From: Lama glama
Taxonomy: Eukaryota
Direction of reading: 5' to 3'
Length of the DNA: 64,000 nucleotides
Assembly (NCBI GenBank): GCA_028534125.1
Contig: CM052817.1
Coordinates: 24,802,001 to 24,866,000, forward strand
Shown here: one piece after another, positions 11,146-23,474 of the stretch
How the letters are laid out: each line of letters begins with the position of its first letter
Position numbering within the stretch: position 1 is the first letter of the stretch
Translations under genes and position numbers: made by a program
The notes under the pieces: generated by a model
Told to the model about the DNA's origin: nothing
The model's input: the letters and a program-made list of their open reading frames with translations, nothing else
Database searches by the model: none

Positions 11146-14100
11146 CCAGTCAAACTCAAGGACCAGTAAAAATAAGAAGAGAGAGCAAGCTTGCCCTTTG
11201 AGTCTTCTTAGAGTTATGTTTAATTCTCAGATGTACTGATGTATTTTTCATTTATTTGCTTTGTCATTGATTGTCAGTGCCTCTGGCTACATCTATCACT
11301 GGTGCACATAACTGTCTAGCACACAGCAGAGAGCCCACCACCCTGCTGCCATGATTAAACTGTTTACTCGGGTTTATAGATTTACTGATTCCAGGATTGA
11401 CAGAGAAATCAAGTTCAAGAGGGTAATAACAAATCTCTGGGAATCTTTGCTCACGTCATTTCCTCCACTGACCCTGGTTACTTCAAATTCTACCAATTTC
11501 ATCTCCTTTTCCTTTTTAGAATCTTCTCTGATTTGTCTTCAATCAGCTCTTTCCTTTCAGAACTCTAAATGTACAATCTCTCTTCCACTCAAATGGTGCT
11601 TAATCAAATACACCTTGCGCTGGCTCTCACATTTCAGTCTATCTAGTTATTAAATTAAACATTTTATCTCCATCCTGAGAATCTCTTTGGGGGCAAAGAC
11701 CGTGTCTCACTTTTCATCAAATCCCTGGAGGACCAGGTATAGTGCATAAACAAAAAGCCATCCAATAAACAGTGAATTCATGGATAAATGTAGATCATGA
11801 ATATATCTGTTTAAGAAAACACGGGCATACTATTTTATGTGCTCAGACTCCTAATTTGGCCATCATGAACTGAAGGAAAAACATCTTGTCTCCCTGAGAA
11901 AGTCTTTCTTATGACAAAAGTCATAGGTAAGCTTGGCCAAAGTTCACATGACTAAGTCATGAAAAAAAAGAAACGACCTGTGACCTTCAGTGACGTGCTC
12001 AAAGTAGAAAATGTGAATGAGCTTAATGATTAGTGATGGTGGTTAAAAATTAAGTCTTTAAAACTCTAATTGTGTGACTACTAAGGCTGCACATACCTGG
12101 CCGTAATAGGTGGTATCCTTCCGACTAAATTTCTGCTTCAAATATTTTCCTTCTAACAGTCTTCAGAGCAAATAGAACAAAGCCAACCAGAAAAATGACA
12201 GGGAACAGACCTTCCATATACCTATTGTCTGCTTTCCTTTTAGACATATCCTTCATCTTGGGACAAAAGACTTGTCCCAAATAAACTGATTTAAAATATA
12301 CAGAAAGGTCATTTCTATGAAGTTTCATAATAAAACTATGTCTACTATTTTAGAAAGGTTTTATAACTTTCTTTAAAGGTTTCTCTTTTGCCAGTAAATT
12401 CATAGCCTATGTACTGCAGCCCTGGAGTAGTGCTGATTTATTATACATTATTTGTCCCTCTTTTCTGAGCCAGAAATGAACAAAGCATCACATGGAGCAG
12501 TACACCACTAAGGAAAATGCAGCAGACCCCACGGTCCATCCCTACTACAACCATGAGAGCAGCCATCCCTGCTTGAGTCAAGATGCTTTGAAATAAGGAT
12601 CGCTCCTCTGTTGTGCCCTCTCTGTTGCCATTGCTGGCTAACAGTTTTTAAGCACTGGCTCTCAAAATGATCAGTTGATAGTGCTGGACGTGCCGTAACA
12701 AGGAAGAATACCAGCCTGAATGTCAAAATGCAGATTTTAGGGCAGCACAAGAGCTAACAAGGGAAAGGCCAAGGAAATCTAGGATGAGGAATAACAAGCA
12801 ACGGGGCACGGATGGAAGCCCTTTGACTTTGTGCTGGGCTTCAGAAACAGCCTGACAGCCTGGGAAGGCTGACCTATGCTGGAGGACACAGTGGCCACAG
12901 GCAAGGAGTGACCTCAGGGGAGAAGAGCAGTTACCAAGGCACAGTGAAGAGTGGATATCAAAGACTCGGATGCCATGGGCTCAGGAATCACTGGTTGCCC
13001 CTCCGCATCTCCGTATGCTGATGCAGAGAGGCCAGCTGGGCAACAAGTAAACGGCATCAAGTCACATGTGCAGGGAAGGCTTGCAGGAAAGAGCCATCAG
13101 TCCTAACTGGGGAGGTCAGGTGAGGCTGTGGTTTATAAAGTCCTTTTGACCTGTTCCTTTTTACCCTCTCAATTGCACACTGAAGTTTCCCTAGGAAGAT
13201 GGAATCAGCCACGTTATTTTCCAACAACTGCAGTGGAAAAACCTAGCGGCAACACTAGAAAGTTCATGGCCATGGGACTGACTATATAATGAAGCTCCAT
13301 TTGTCTAAAAATGGTACTTTGTTTAACTTATATTGATGCATCTCACAGTTATGTGCGATACACATGAACAAGGGAGGCTACTTTTAAGACCAAATTTTCT
13401 TTCTCATTGACTCATAGCAAAAATGGCTAACAGTTATTGAGTTCTCACTAATTACACAGAGTATGATATAGGAACAACATATGGAATTACACATGTAGAC
13501 ATTATACATAGTAATTCCTTACCACGTAGCCATGGGATAGTAGTGTTATTATTCCCATTTTAGAGCAGAGGAACCTGAGGCTCAGAGAGAGTTATAAAGT
13601 TAGACACCTAGTAAGTGGCAGAGTGGGCGTTCAAAGCTCATCCACCTCCATTCTTAGCCATTACGCTCCCCAATAAAAAGCTTTTCTCCACTTATATATT
13701 AGTTAAGGTAACATTAAATGCTGTAAGAGACAAACTCCCCAATCTTGGTCACTGCCCATAAAGGAAGCTTATCTCTCAATTGTCTCCCACACACCCCAAG
13801 TCCAGTTGGCAGTGGTTTATGTGAGGTCTGCTGCATAGACAGTCAAGGGCCAGGCAGATGGAGGCTCTGACATCTTCAACATCTCCTTCCAGAGTCGCCC
13901 TGAATGTTGAAGTTCAGTCAGCAGAAAGGTGAAGAAAGAAGATTTTTATAGGTCAAATCTGAAAACGCCAGACATAAATTCTGTCTATTCCACTTACCAG
14001 CAATCCATTGTGTGACTGGGAAATGGAGTCTAGCTGGGAGGAAAGGGAAAGGCGTGGATGCATGGCAAGGCACACTCTGCTTCAGATCATAACTACCTGT

Positions 14101-14782
14101 CTACATAGAAGTGTTCTCAGGAAACAGGAGGCTCTGCCTGAGTCTGATGACTTTAGAATTCAGCTGAAGATCAAGTGAATTCCACAATGTTTAGTCTTCC
14201 CTATGAATATTGACTCAGTCAGATCCCCTCAGGAGAACAGAAAACACTTTAGGTCTTTCAAACAATGAGAATTTAATACAATGAATTTATAAAAAGAGTT
14301 GAGAAGCCAAAGAGGGGGCAGTGAGACTGCCCAGAGATGAGAGATATAGGAAGTCAGCACCATCCCCAGGACGAGGAGGTCAGTAGGATGAGATGGTGCT
14401 GGCAGAGCCCCAGAGCTGGGGCTTTCCAGAGAGAGGGGCTGATGGCAGGAGGGAGAGGCACAGCTGCCGTAGGAGACTTCACCAGAGACAGAGAGAGACA
14501 TGGAGGGAGGCAAGGAAGGAGGAAAAGAAGGAAGAAGAACGAGACGGATGCGCACAGAGGAATGCTACGGCTTCTCTCCTCCTCTTCACCCCAAACCTTC
14601 CTTTCTTGCCTCCCTGTTGCTGAACCTATCAAGAAACCAGTCCACCAGGGAGCCTGAGAAATGTAGGCCCCTACAATACAGAGCAGAGCAGGGAGAGGGC
14701 AGAGAATGAATCTAACAGCAAACAGGCAAGTGATCAGCAATAATATCAGACCCCCTCCAACTTACCCTTTAAATCTAACAGC

Positions 14783-15325
14783 AGTGGAAGCAACCTAAAT
14801 GTCCTAAATGACAGATGAATGGATAAAGAAGATGTGGAACATTTATACAATGGAATACTACTCAGCCATAAAAAAGAATGAAATAATACCATTTGCAGCC
14901 ATGTGGATGGACCTAAAGATTATCATACTAAGTGAAGTAAGTCAAACAGAGAGAGATAAATACCATATGATACCACTTATTTATGGAATCTAAAAAAAAT
15001 TGATACAAATGAACTTATTTACAAAACAGAAAGAGACTCACAGATGTAGAAAACAAACTTATGGTTACCAAAAGGGGAGAGGTTGGGGAGGGATAAACTA
15101 GGAGTTTAGAATTAGCAGATACTACTATATATAAAATAGATAAACAAGGTCCTGTTGTATAGGACTATGGGAAACTATATTTAATATTTTGTAATAACTT
15201 ATAATGAAAAAGAATACAGAAAAGAATATATGTATGTGTACAACTGAATCACTATGCTATACACCAGAAACTAACACAACACTGAAAATCAACTATACTT
15301 CAATTAAAAAATAAATAAGTAAATA
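14783..15325 (+). mobile_element. 5'-truncated L1 (ORF2 end plus 3' UTR)
   Basis: ORF 14808 reads [22 protein letters not shown], the L1 ORF2 C-terminus; A-rich tail; TSD taaatctaacag/taaacctaacag. Confidence 0.92.
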
Positions 15326-17436
15326 AACCTAACAGAGAGATGTACTAAAATTGTTTAGCTCTATCTCTACAAATAAGGCAAGATGAATGCCCAGTTTATA
15401 AAGCAAACTGCCAGTAAGACTGGGTGTTTTTAGGCCTCATGACTCTGTTATGTCATAACTTGAAGTCATGCAGAAAATCAGATTAAGTTATTATCAGGGT
15501 AAACCTTCAGTACAACTTTCTGCTTTTTTTTTTATATAAATCAGAAATACAGAAAACTCTACAGAAGCAAAGAACCCATTCAACATTCATTCACTTACTT
15601 ATTTTAGGGCCAGGCTCTCTGCTATAAGCCGGGGTAGTTCTAAGACATAGATTACCTCTCTCCCGTTCCCATCATTCCAAGTCTTCTCCTGGCTGTCTTT
15701 GCTGCATAACTACAACTGTGTCTATGCCTAGAAATCTTGTGTGCCCCCCCTTTGAAATTTTAAACTCAAATGTCCTACTGTCTCTCTAGTTTCTCCGGCA
15801 CTCTCCTCTCTTTCCAGCATTCTCGTCATTGACATTTAAACATGCATCCAAACCTCCAGGACCATTATCCCGCTCTCTTCCCACGTCTTCTGTAATCCCA
15901 GAACCAATGGTCCAGCACTCACCCACTCTCTCTCACTACAGTGATTGATAGGGTTTGTTGTTTGTGTTGTTTGTTTTCCTTTTCAGCATCTAAATCCCCA
16001 TTTATAATTGGGAGGAATCCCTAAGGTGAGAGTCTGCTGGGAGGTAAAGACTCATTCCCAGTATGGAGGCTGCAGGAGCCAGACACTTCTGTCCCCTTCC
16101 TGGACATGTGATCAAGGGTTAGCCAGTTGGATGCTCCTGCCTGAGGCCTCAATTCTTAACCTCTAGGAAAAAAAGGATAGTTTAGTATGTTTTCAGGGCT
16201 GTAAAATCCAGGTACTGCAGGTGTAGTGGCAGTCGGAGGAGCCCTGCTGGCTCCTAGGCAACAGGGATAGCCATTCCAGCAGGGTCTCCTGGTCATTCAT
16301 TCCTGTGTAGGCTGCCTCATCTCCCTTGGTTCCCGTCTGTTGTTTTAAGCCTGATTCTCTAACCGTCCCTTTGATCTCTGAGCTATTCATTATTTACTGA
16401 AGTTAATGGTTCATTTCCATTACCTTCAACCAGATGACTGATATATTTACCACACTTCAATTCACTTGTTCCTTTGTCATTCTTGTCACCTCTCTGCAAA
16501 CTCTAACTTTTGTTTCCTGACTCGATCTCCATTTTTTCACTCCCACATTCTGATTTTGGATTAGTGTCAGGAAAAAAAAAAATCACTTTTTAGACCGGAA
16601 CAAATTCATGATCTGTGACCTCAGCCAGAGTCCTTCTAAGAATACTTGGCTCATATCTTGCTCCCCAAAGCAGCTACATCAGTTCTTACAGATTCTTCCC
16701 AAGATCCCGCCTTCCATCATCTCTTACCTTCCTCATTCCCAAGGATTTTCAACAAACAATTTAGTCATCTGCTCCACAGAGGAAAGAGAGGCCATGAGAT
16801 TTAAGTCAGCTAAATAAACAATCATTTCATGAATGGTTACAGCTACAGTCAGTACATAACTACTATCCTGGGCTTCTCATTTTCACCTTAAGATTATTTT
16901 CAAAAAAATTCCAAGTATTTACACAGACCACACAAACTTTTTCTGCCTAGAGACTATGTCAATGTATATGTATTATATGTGTATACAAACACACATATGT
17001 ACATACACACATATACATATGTGGATCAATATGTCCCATATTTTTTCTTTTTGTTGGCATAAACTCTCTTTCCCTTTCTATTCTTTTATTTTGTATTATA
17101 AACAGAGCAGCTATATTTGTGCTTCTACAAGTGATGTCACTTCCTTTAAGTTTATTTCCTTAGGGTATATCTCCAAAATAGCATTAGTGGGTCAAAGGGT
17201 ATGGATAGTTTTTAAAGAGCCTACTAAATATTGGAAACTTATTCTCCAGAAACGTTCCTTCTGCAGTGAGAAAGCACATTCTGTTTTCCCATGGTGACCA
17301 TGTAGCCCTGGCTCTACTGGACATTATAATTTTTTTAAAATTTTTGCTACCTTATTTTATATTTCTTCTTTCTATTGGCCCATAGGTTCTTTCCATGAGA
17401 CAATGAACTATCTCTTATTCTGGATCAGCTTTAATG

Positions 17437-18084
17437 CTTGCTGAAGGAATTCTCCCTGCTGGCTTGTACATTGATGAGCTTGCTATATGTCAATAGTAAA
17501 GCTTTTATCAGATGTCATCATTGCATTTGCTTCCTCTATTCTATTCATTTATTTCAATATTTATCTCAATACACTGTGTGTACACAGCTTTTAGTTTGAT
17601 CTCAACAGATTTGATCATATGCATTGCAAATCTGGTCGCAGCCTACAATTCTCAATATTCAGAGATGTATTTTCTCCTCCATAACTGAATTAAATTTGGC
17701 ATTCCATTTTTCCAAAGATTTGTTTCTTTGATAGATTAGTTTTAATATTCAACTCTTTTATCCATCTGCAGTGGACTTCAGAATACAACACAAAGTCCAG
17801 AGCAAAGCTAATTTTTCTCCCTACTGTTCTGCTTGCCTGACAACACTTATTAAACAGTGATTTATCCTCCACCCCAACCACAGCATTTTTTTTTAAACTT
17901 CTAACAATGATGTTTAATCCAGTATTTCTCAAGCTGTGTACACACAGTGTATTGAGATAAATATTGAAATAAATGAATAGAATAGAGGAAGCAAATGCAA
18001 TGATGACATTTGATAAACGCTTTACTATTGACATATAGCAAGCTCACCAATGTACAAGCCAGCAGGGAGAATTCCTTCAGCAAG
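17437..18084. repeat. Inverted repeat: 154-bp arms (17437-17590 and 17931-18084) with a 340-bp spacer
   Basis: Arm 2 is the reverse complement of arm 1 with 3 substitutions and no indels. Confidence 0.97.
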
Positions 18085-19365
18085 AGTGAATTACTGTAAG
18101 AAGTTGATGTAGTAATTCAGACTTGAAAACTCCCCTCTGAGAAGCAGGGATTTTTTTTAGTTTAAAAAAAACATCTAATGAACAAATGGAAACAGGGCTA
18201 TGAGGGATTTTGAAATATCCTTTCCAACCCCTTCCTCCTAATACAAATGAGGAAACAGAGACACTAATGAATTAAATATGATACAAGGCACTCTGCTAAG
18301 GACTGTGGGAAAATGTAGTGAATTAAGGCACATATATAATTAAGAAATGAATTTCAGATGAAAATGCATATAAGCATTAAATAACATCAGTAATAAAAAT
18401 ATACAACTAATAATGTAAAAATACACAGCTAAGGATAATAATAATAAATATACAGCTAATAAAATATACAGCTCATAATAATGACAGCTACTATTAACTG
18501 AAGATCTATTGTGTTCCAAGCACTATGAATCTCTTTTAAGCCCATGACAACACCATAGGGTATGCGTTATTATTCCCATTTAGATACCTAGTAATTTGCC
18601 CAAATTCTGCCACCAAGTGGCAAGAGCCAGCTCCCAGCTCTCTGACTCGAAAGCTTTATCCCGCTACACAACACTGCCGCCCAGCTACCCAAAGATAAAA
18701 GAGTAGGCATGCCAAGAGACCGCTAAAGAAACTATTGCACTAAGATAAAACCCAACCTTCTACATAATTTCATTTACAACTGATTAAAAGAGTTGCCTCA
18801 ATTACTAAAATTGTATGATTTGGGGAAAAACAAGTGACCACTTTAGAACTCAGTTTACACTGAGGACAGCTGCCCTCAGGAGTCAGGAGAAGGCAATAGA
18901 CAAAATGATTTCTAAAATCTCTTCTGGTTTTAAAATTCTAGGATTCTAATTTCTGCTGCCTACTTTTCACTCTTACATAAAAAATAAAAGTGGTACAATT
19001 TGTTTTAAACAAGTACATGTTTTTCTCTAAAACAATTTTAGGGCCAATAAAACCTTTAATAGAAATTAAGTTTTATATCCATGAAAGAAAAGGAAAATAA
19101 TACATTAAAATATTTTCCAATTTTTAAAAATTAAAGGAAATCCTTTGAAAGATTATTCTTAATACCATGATGGTGTAAGATGATCTAGGAGAATAAGTAT
19201 TACATTTGATTTAAGGTTATAATAATAATAGTAAGTACTTGTTTAGTGAATTAAGAAATGAACAAATTTTATTTAACTAAATTGCAATGCCTGGACCAAA
19301 AAATATATTCATTAATTCCACTATATTTTTAGTAATTGCTGACAAAATGGTAATTTTTTATTTAG

Positions 19366-19659
19366 ATCATTTTCATAGACTTAATGTAAGATACACTTAA
19401 ATGAAGGCTTATGTTAAATATTTGGGCAAACCAGTCTAGTCCCAGCAAGATCTTAGATCTGGATAGAGTTTTTCTCTCTGAATAGAAATAGAATTCTGAA
19501 ATACTTGCAAGAATATATGAGCCATTGCCAATGACAAGAAATTCAGCATTTCCCACCTGTTGGCATTATCACAGGTCAAGGGAGGCATTCCTTGATAAGC
19601 ATTCCTGTAGTTAAACCTTAAATCTTCCAAGAAAGCAATCTAAGGGAGTTTATAAATTG
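19366..19659 (+). pseudogene. Pseudo-exon encoding the C-terminal half of DUF1771 plus the Smr domain core
   Basis: ttttttatttag| acceptor and |gtaaga donor. With frameshifts it reads HFHRL*CKIHLNE/AYVK/IF/ANQSSPSKILDLDRVFLSE/RILKYLQEYMSHCQ*QEIQHFPPVGIITGQGRHSLISIPVVKP*I, matching the Smr motifs DLHG...IITGxGxHS...KP. Confidence 0.78.
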
Positions 19660-20614
19660 GTAAGAAATAAAAATTAAGAAATAAAGGAAATGGGATTTTT
19701 AAGGTAAATTAAGTCATATTATTAAATGAAAATAGAAAAAAAAATTCTTCCCAGAGACATCTAAAAATAAAATACTTTGTATTGGTTAAGATTAGACATA
19801 AAACATCTCATAAAGTTCATCTTAGTCCTGTGATTCTCTGAGCGTTTGGTATTTTTTTTTTTTAAGTTCACATTTTCTATTAGTCTTTAACAACATTGGA
19901 CATATTTCCTGAAGAGGGCTCCCTTTCCTACAAAACTGATTCATTTGCTAAATGCCTAATATGCAAACAAATCTGTGAAACAAAGCACTATACCAACGCC
20001 AAATTTTCAGTAGCTTATGCTTTTTTAAAAGTTAGATTATATTTTAGTAAAATATACATTTATAAGTGTGTATTATTTATATATACACCTTAAAGCATGA
20101 AAAGAAAAGGAGCTCCTACATGCTCAGCATGAAAATTTAGAAAATAGGAAAATTCCAGTAACTTAAAAGCTTCTTTATACTGCTCGCAATGTATCTCCAT
20201 CTTTCCTCATCCCAACGGGAACCGTTTTATTGGATTATATTTTCTTGGATAATTTCCTTGTCTTTCTCTGGCATTTTATCTCCTAGGTATTGGTTAATTC
20301 TGCCCTTTTTTAAAAAATGCTTAATATAACTGTATCATAGTGTATGAATTCTTCTGTGACTTGCTTTTCTGATCGACACTAAGTGTTTGGCTCCATTCAT
20401 ACTGATACATGTAGCTGTAGTTCACACATTTTCAGTTCTGGGCAGTGTTCCACTCTACAAGTGTATCACAAACTATTGCTTGCTGTCTGTGTTTCTGTGG
20501 TAGGTAGACTTTTTATTTTGTTGTGATTACAAGTTGCACTGCTGGAAACTTCCTGCATGAGCCTCTCTCTACTCATGTGCCGCAGTTCCTCTGGGACAGT
20601 CTGCTGCTTCTTTT

Positions 20615-20890
20615 CCTATGGCCCACAAGCTGGGAATGATTGGTATATTTGAAACAGTTGGAAAAAAGAAAAAGGATATCTGTGACATGAGAATATTATA
20701 TGAAATTCAAATTTCAGTGTCTACAGATGAAGTGTTATTGGAATATAAACACACCCATTCGGTTCCATGTAGCCCCTGGCTGCTTTCCAACCGCAGTAGC
20801 AGAGTTGAGCAGCTGGAACAAAGATCTGCCCACAGAGCCGGCAATATTTCCTACCTGGCCCGTCACAGAAAACGTTCACAGACTCCAGCT
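20615..20890. mobile_element. MER58-like hAT-Charlie element inside an old L1
   Basis: tgaaattcaaatttcagtgtc...gcagagttgagcagct...cctggccc. Confidence 0.7.
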
Positions 20891-21238
20891 CCATGTGATC
20901 TACGCAAGATGGAAATGCTGAAGCTTAGAGTGTGTACATTTTCTATTTCACCTGTTTTCCAAGGTGGCTCTCCCAACACACACTCCCATCACCAGTGTGT
21001 GAGTGAGCATTCTCCGCCTCCTCATGGTGGAGGCAGGAAAAACAGATCTGCTGTAGGACTACAGAACTACCTTTCTGTGTACATGTGAGTTGCCCTAGTA
21101 ATTTACAATCACAACTACAGTTGTAATATGCTCTTAATGATAATTTGTACCTTGTATAGCTTTCCTTAGTTCAAGTCTTTTAGTAAACAGGTCTTGGAAC
21201 ATTGATACTGTTTAAACTGAATCCTCCCATGGTATCTT

Positions 21239-21364
21239 TTATTTTTATTTTTTAAGTAGGGGGAAGTAATTAGGCTTATTTCTTTTTAAAGGAAGTACTG
21301 GGGATTGAACCCACGACCTTATGCATGCTAAGCACGCACTCTACCACTTGAGCTATACCCTTGC
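21239..21364 (-). mobile_element. vic-1-like SINE
   Basis: Same tRNA-like head; tggtatctt duplicated on both flanks. Confidence 0.85.
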
Positions 21365-23008
21365 CTCACCTGTGGTATCTTGACCGAAACCATGCCCTGG
21401 AGTTCCCAGCCCCTCCTCTAGAGGGAGCCCATCTGGCTAAGACCGTTCACAGGCCTCCTACAGAACCAGGATGGTACAAAGTAAACCATTGTAATTGGCA
21501 CAACGGCCACGGGCTCACGCGTTTATCCTTCAGGCTTCTGCTGCTGCGATCTAGAACAAGCTCTCAGTTACTCCGGTCCTCGCAGTCCTCGTTGTAACTG
21601 GTGCGTCTTCATGCAGCAAGTATGTTTGTTTAACAGGCCGGTACGGAGCTCTATGGAATGAGGCTAGCACGAACTGAGAAGTAATGTCAGTGTAACTGAC
21701 TCATCAGATTTCAAAGACTTAATATGACAAAAGGAATGTAAAACAGTCGTTGTTTTTAGTTGCTAAACTCAGGTAATTTTTTATCCAGCAATAGAAAACT
21801 AATAAAGGTGAAAAAAGAGGAAAATATGATATTTCAAGATACAAGTTATTCTATTAATAGTTTCTTAATGTGTATATTGGTTTTTAATAGTTTGGCCAAC
21901 ATTTAATTTTTTTAGTAGCTATTAAGCATATAAAACAACTATCTTCAGAAATTTAAAAAAGAGCTGTTTTAGTTCTGGAGTTAGATGGTAATACTGGTAA
22001 CACAACAATGTGAATGTACTTAACACCAGAGAACGTACCCTTGAAAATAATTAAAGTGGTAAATAATGTTATGTATATTTTACCACAATAAAAAGAAGCC
22101 GTTTTAAAATGGTTATTTTTACTTTCAGAGATGAGAGTAGTTTTACCAGGTTGCATAATAGAAATAAGTAATCAAGTTAATGCAAGAAAAATCATTACTT
22201 ATTTTTACGTTACAGGAAGTCTTTATGGCTTAAAAGATGGCTGCAGGATGAGTAACTGAATCAGAAACTGTATTGTTTGCTGTGTAAGTTGTTCTTTACA
22301 AAAGCCATTGAAGGAGTTTGGCCTCTTTGTCTCAAAGCTCATCTAACACTGTAATTAAGAGAGGTCTTCCATATCTGAATGACAAGTGTGCTTATGTATG
22401 AGAACAGACATCTCCTGTAATAACACAAAACTCTAGAAGAAAAATCCTTTACGAAGCACAGTCCATTTACTCTGTAAGGCAAAATGACTATTTTAAAACA
22501 GGATGCTCAAAAAGATACTAGGTATAAAGCCCATATTAATGCAAGCTTCAAGACGTGAATTATTGTTGAGGAAAAAAATACATGAAGTTTGAGAAAGGGC
22601 AGGTATTGTAGACATGGCCAATGCCTAGCTATCGGCTCCTGTTCTGGATAAAATCTAGCCAGTGTTCCCCAGGCCTTGCTGTCCACCAGAATCAGAACTA
22701 CAATGTCTCAAAATGTAAATTCCAAGTCTTGCCCAGTAAAAGCTGGTGATCTCACTCTAGCTCAGCTTTAAGTGGGTGTGTTTGTGCATGCGTGTGAGTA
22801 TTTATGTGTGTGAATAAGGTTTTTTTTTCAAAGGGCTCCAGGTAATTTTGGTTTGGGAATCACTGACCTAGGAGGCTAATGGCTTCATGCTGCAGGCTGG
22901 AAATCTCCAGCCAATACCTGGAATCTGTGTAATCTTTATTCCAGTAATAATTTCTGAACTTTCTTACTTTCTTCTCAGCAGCGTTTGATACATAGATTTT
23001 TTTCATTT

Positions 23009-23165
23009 TTTTATTTGTTTGTTTTTGAAGGATTTTGGGGGGTGGATAATTAAGTTTGTTTATTTATTATTGTTACTTTTTATTTAACTGATGTACTAGA
23101 GATCAAACCCATGACCTCATGCATGCTAGGCGTCTGCTCTGCCACTGAGCTGTACCCTCCCCCCC
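23009..23165 (-). mobile_element. vic-1-like SINE
   Basis: tRNA-like head; TSD agatttttttcattt. Confidence 0.85.
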
Positions 23166-23474
23166 AGATTTTTTTCATTTCTTCTTGTTTATTTTGGCCT
23201 CTGTCTTTCATATGAGAGGGTTGCTAAAAATCTGGTGATTCTTGGCTGACTTCTCACATTTAAGAGTATGGCACGAAAAACTGATTAGAAGTTCTATGTG
23301 CTACGTGACCTTCATCGTAAGGCCGCTTTCCTACCCATTTCATTGTGTGAAACTCTATATTCATAGCTCTCATTCTGTCTTTTTTGGGCTGGTTGTATTC
23401 TCATATAAGGCTCACTCTTTTCTGGGAAGATAGATTGGCAAAATGCCTGGGTCAGAATCAATATTCTGTAAATA

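Larger units (their letters stand above)
3119..19939 (+). pseudogene. Decayed multi-exon pseudogene of a putative poly-UBL + DUF1771 + Smr-domain protein
   Basis: Same-strand, ordered exon remnants in non-repeat DNA: UBL-like segments at 3119-8935, splice-bounded remnants 10234-10636, 11847-11926, 12474-13119, Smr exon 19366-19659 and terminal piece 19884-19939. Many stops and frameshifts. Confidence 0.65.

Noticed and set aside
14808..14993. ORF with recognisable protein similarity (likewise 23952, 37219, 58164)
   Set aside because: L1 ORF2 C-terminal remnants, not host genes.
17437..18084. Inverted repeat interpreted as a MITE or pre-miRNA
   Set aside because: No TSD or transposon-type termini, and the 340-nt loop is far too long for a canonical pre-miRNA.
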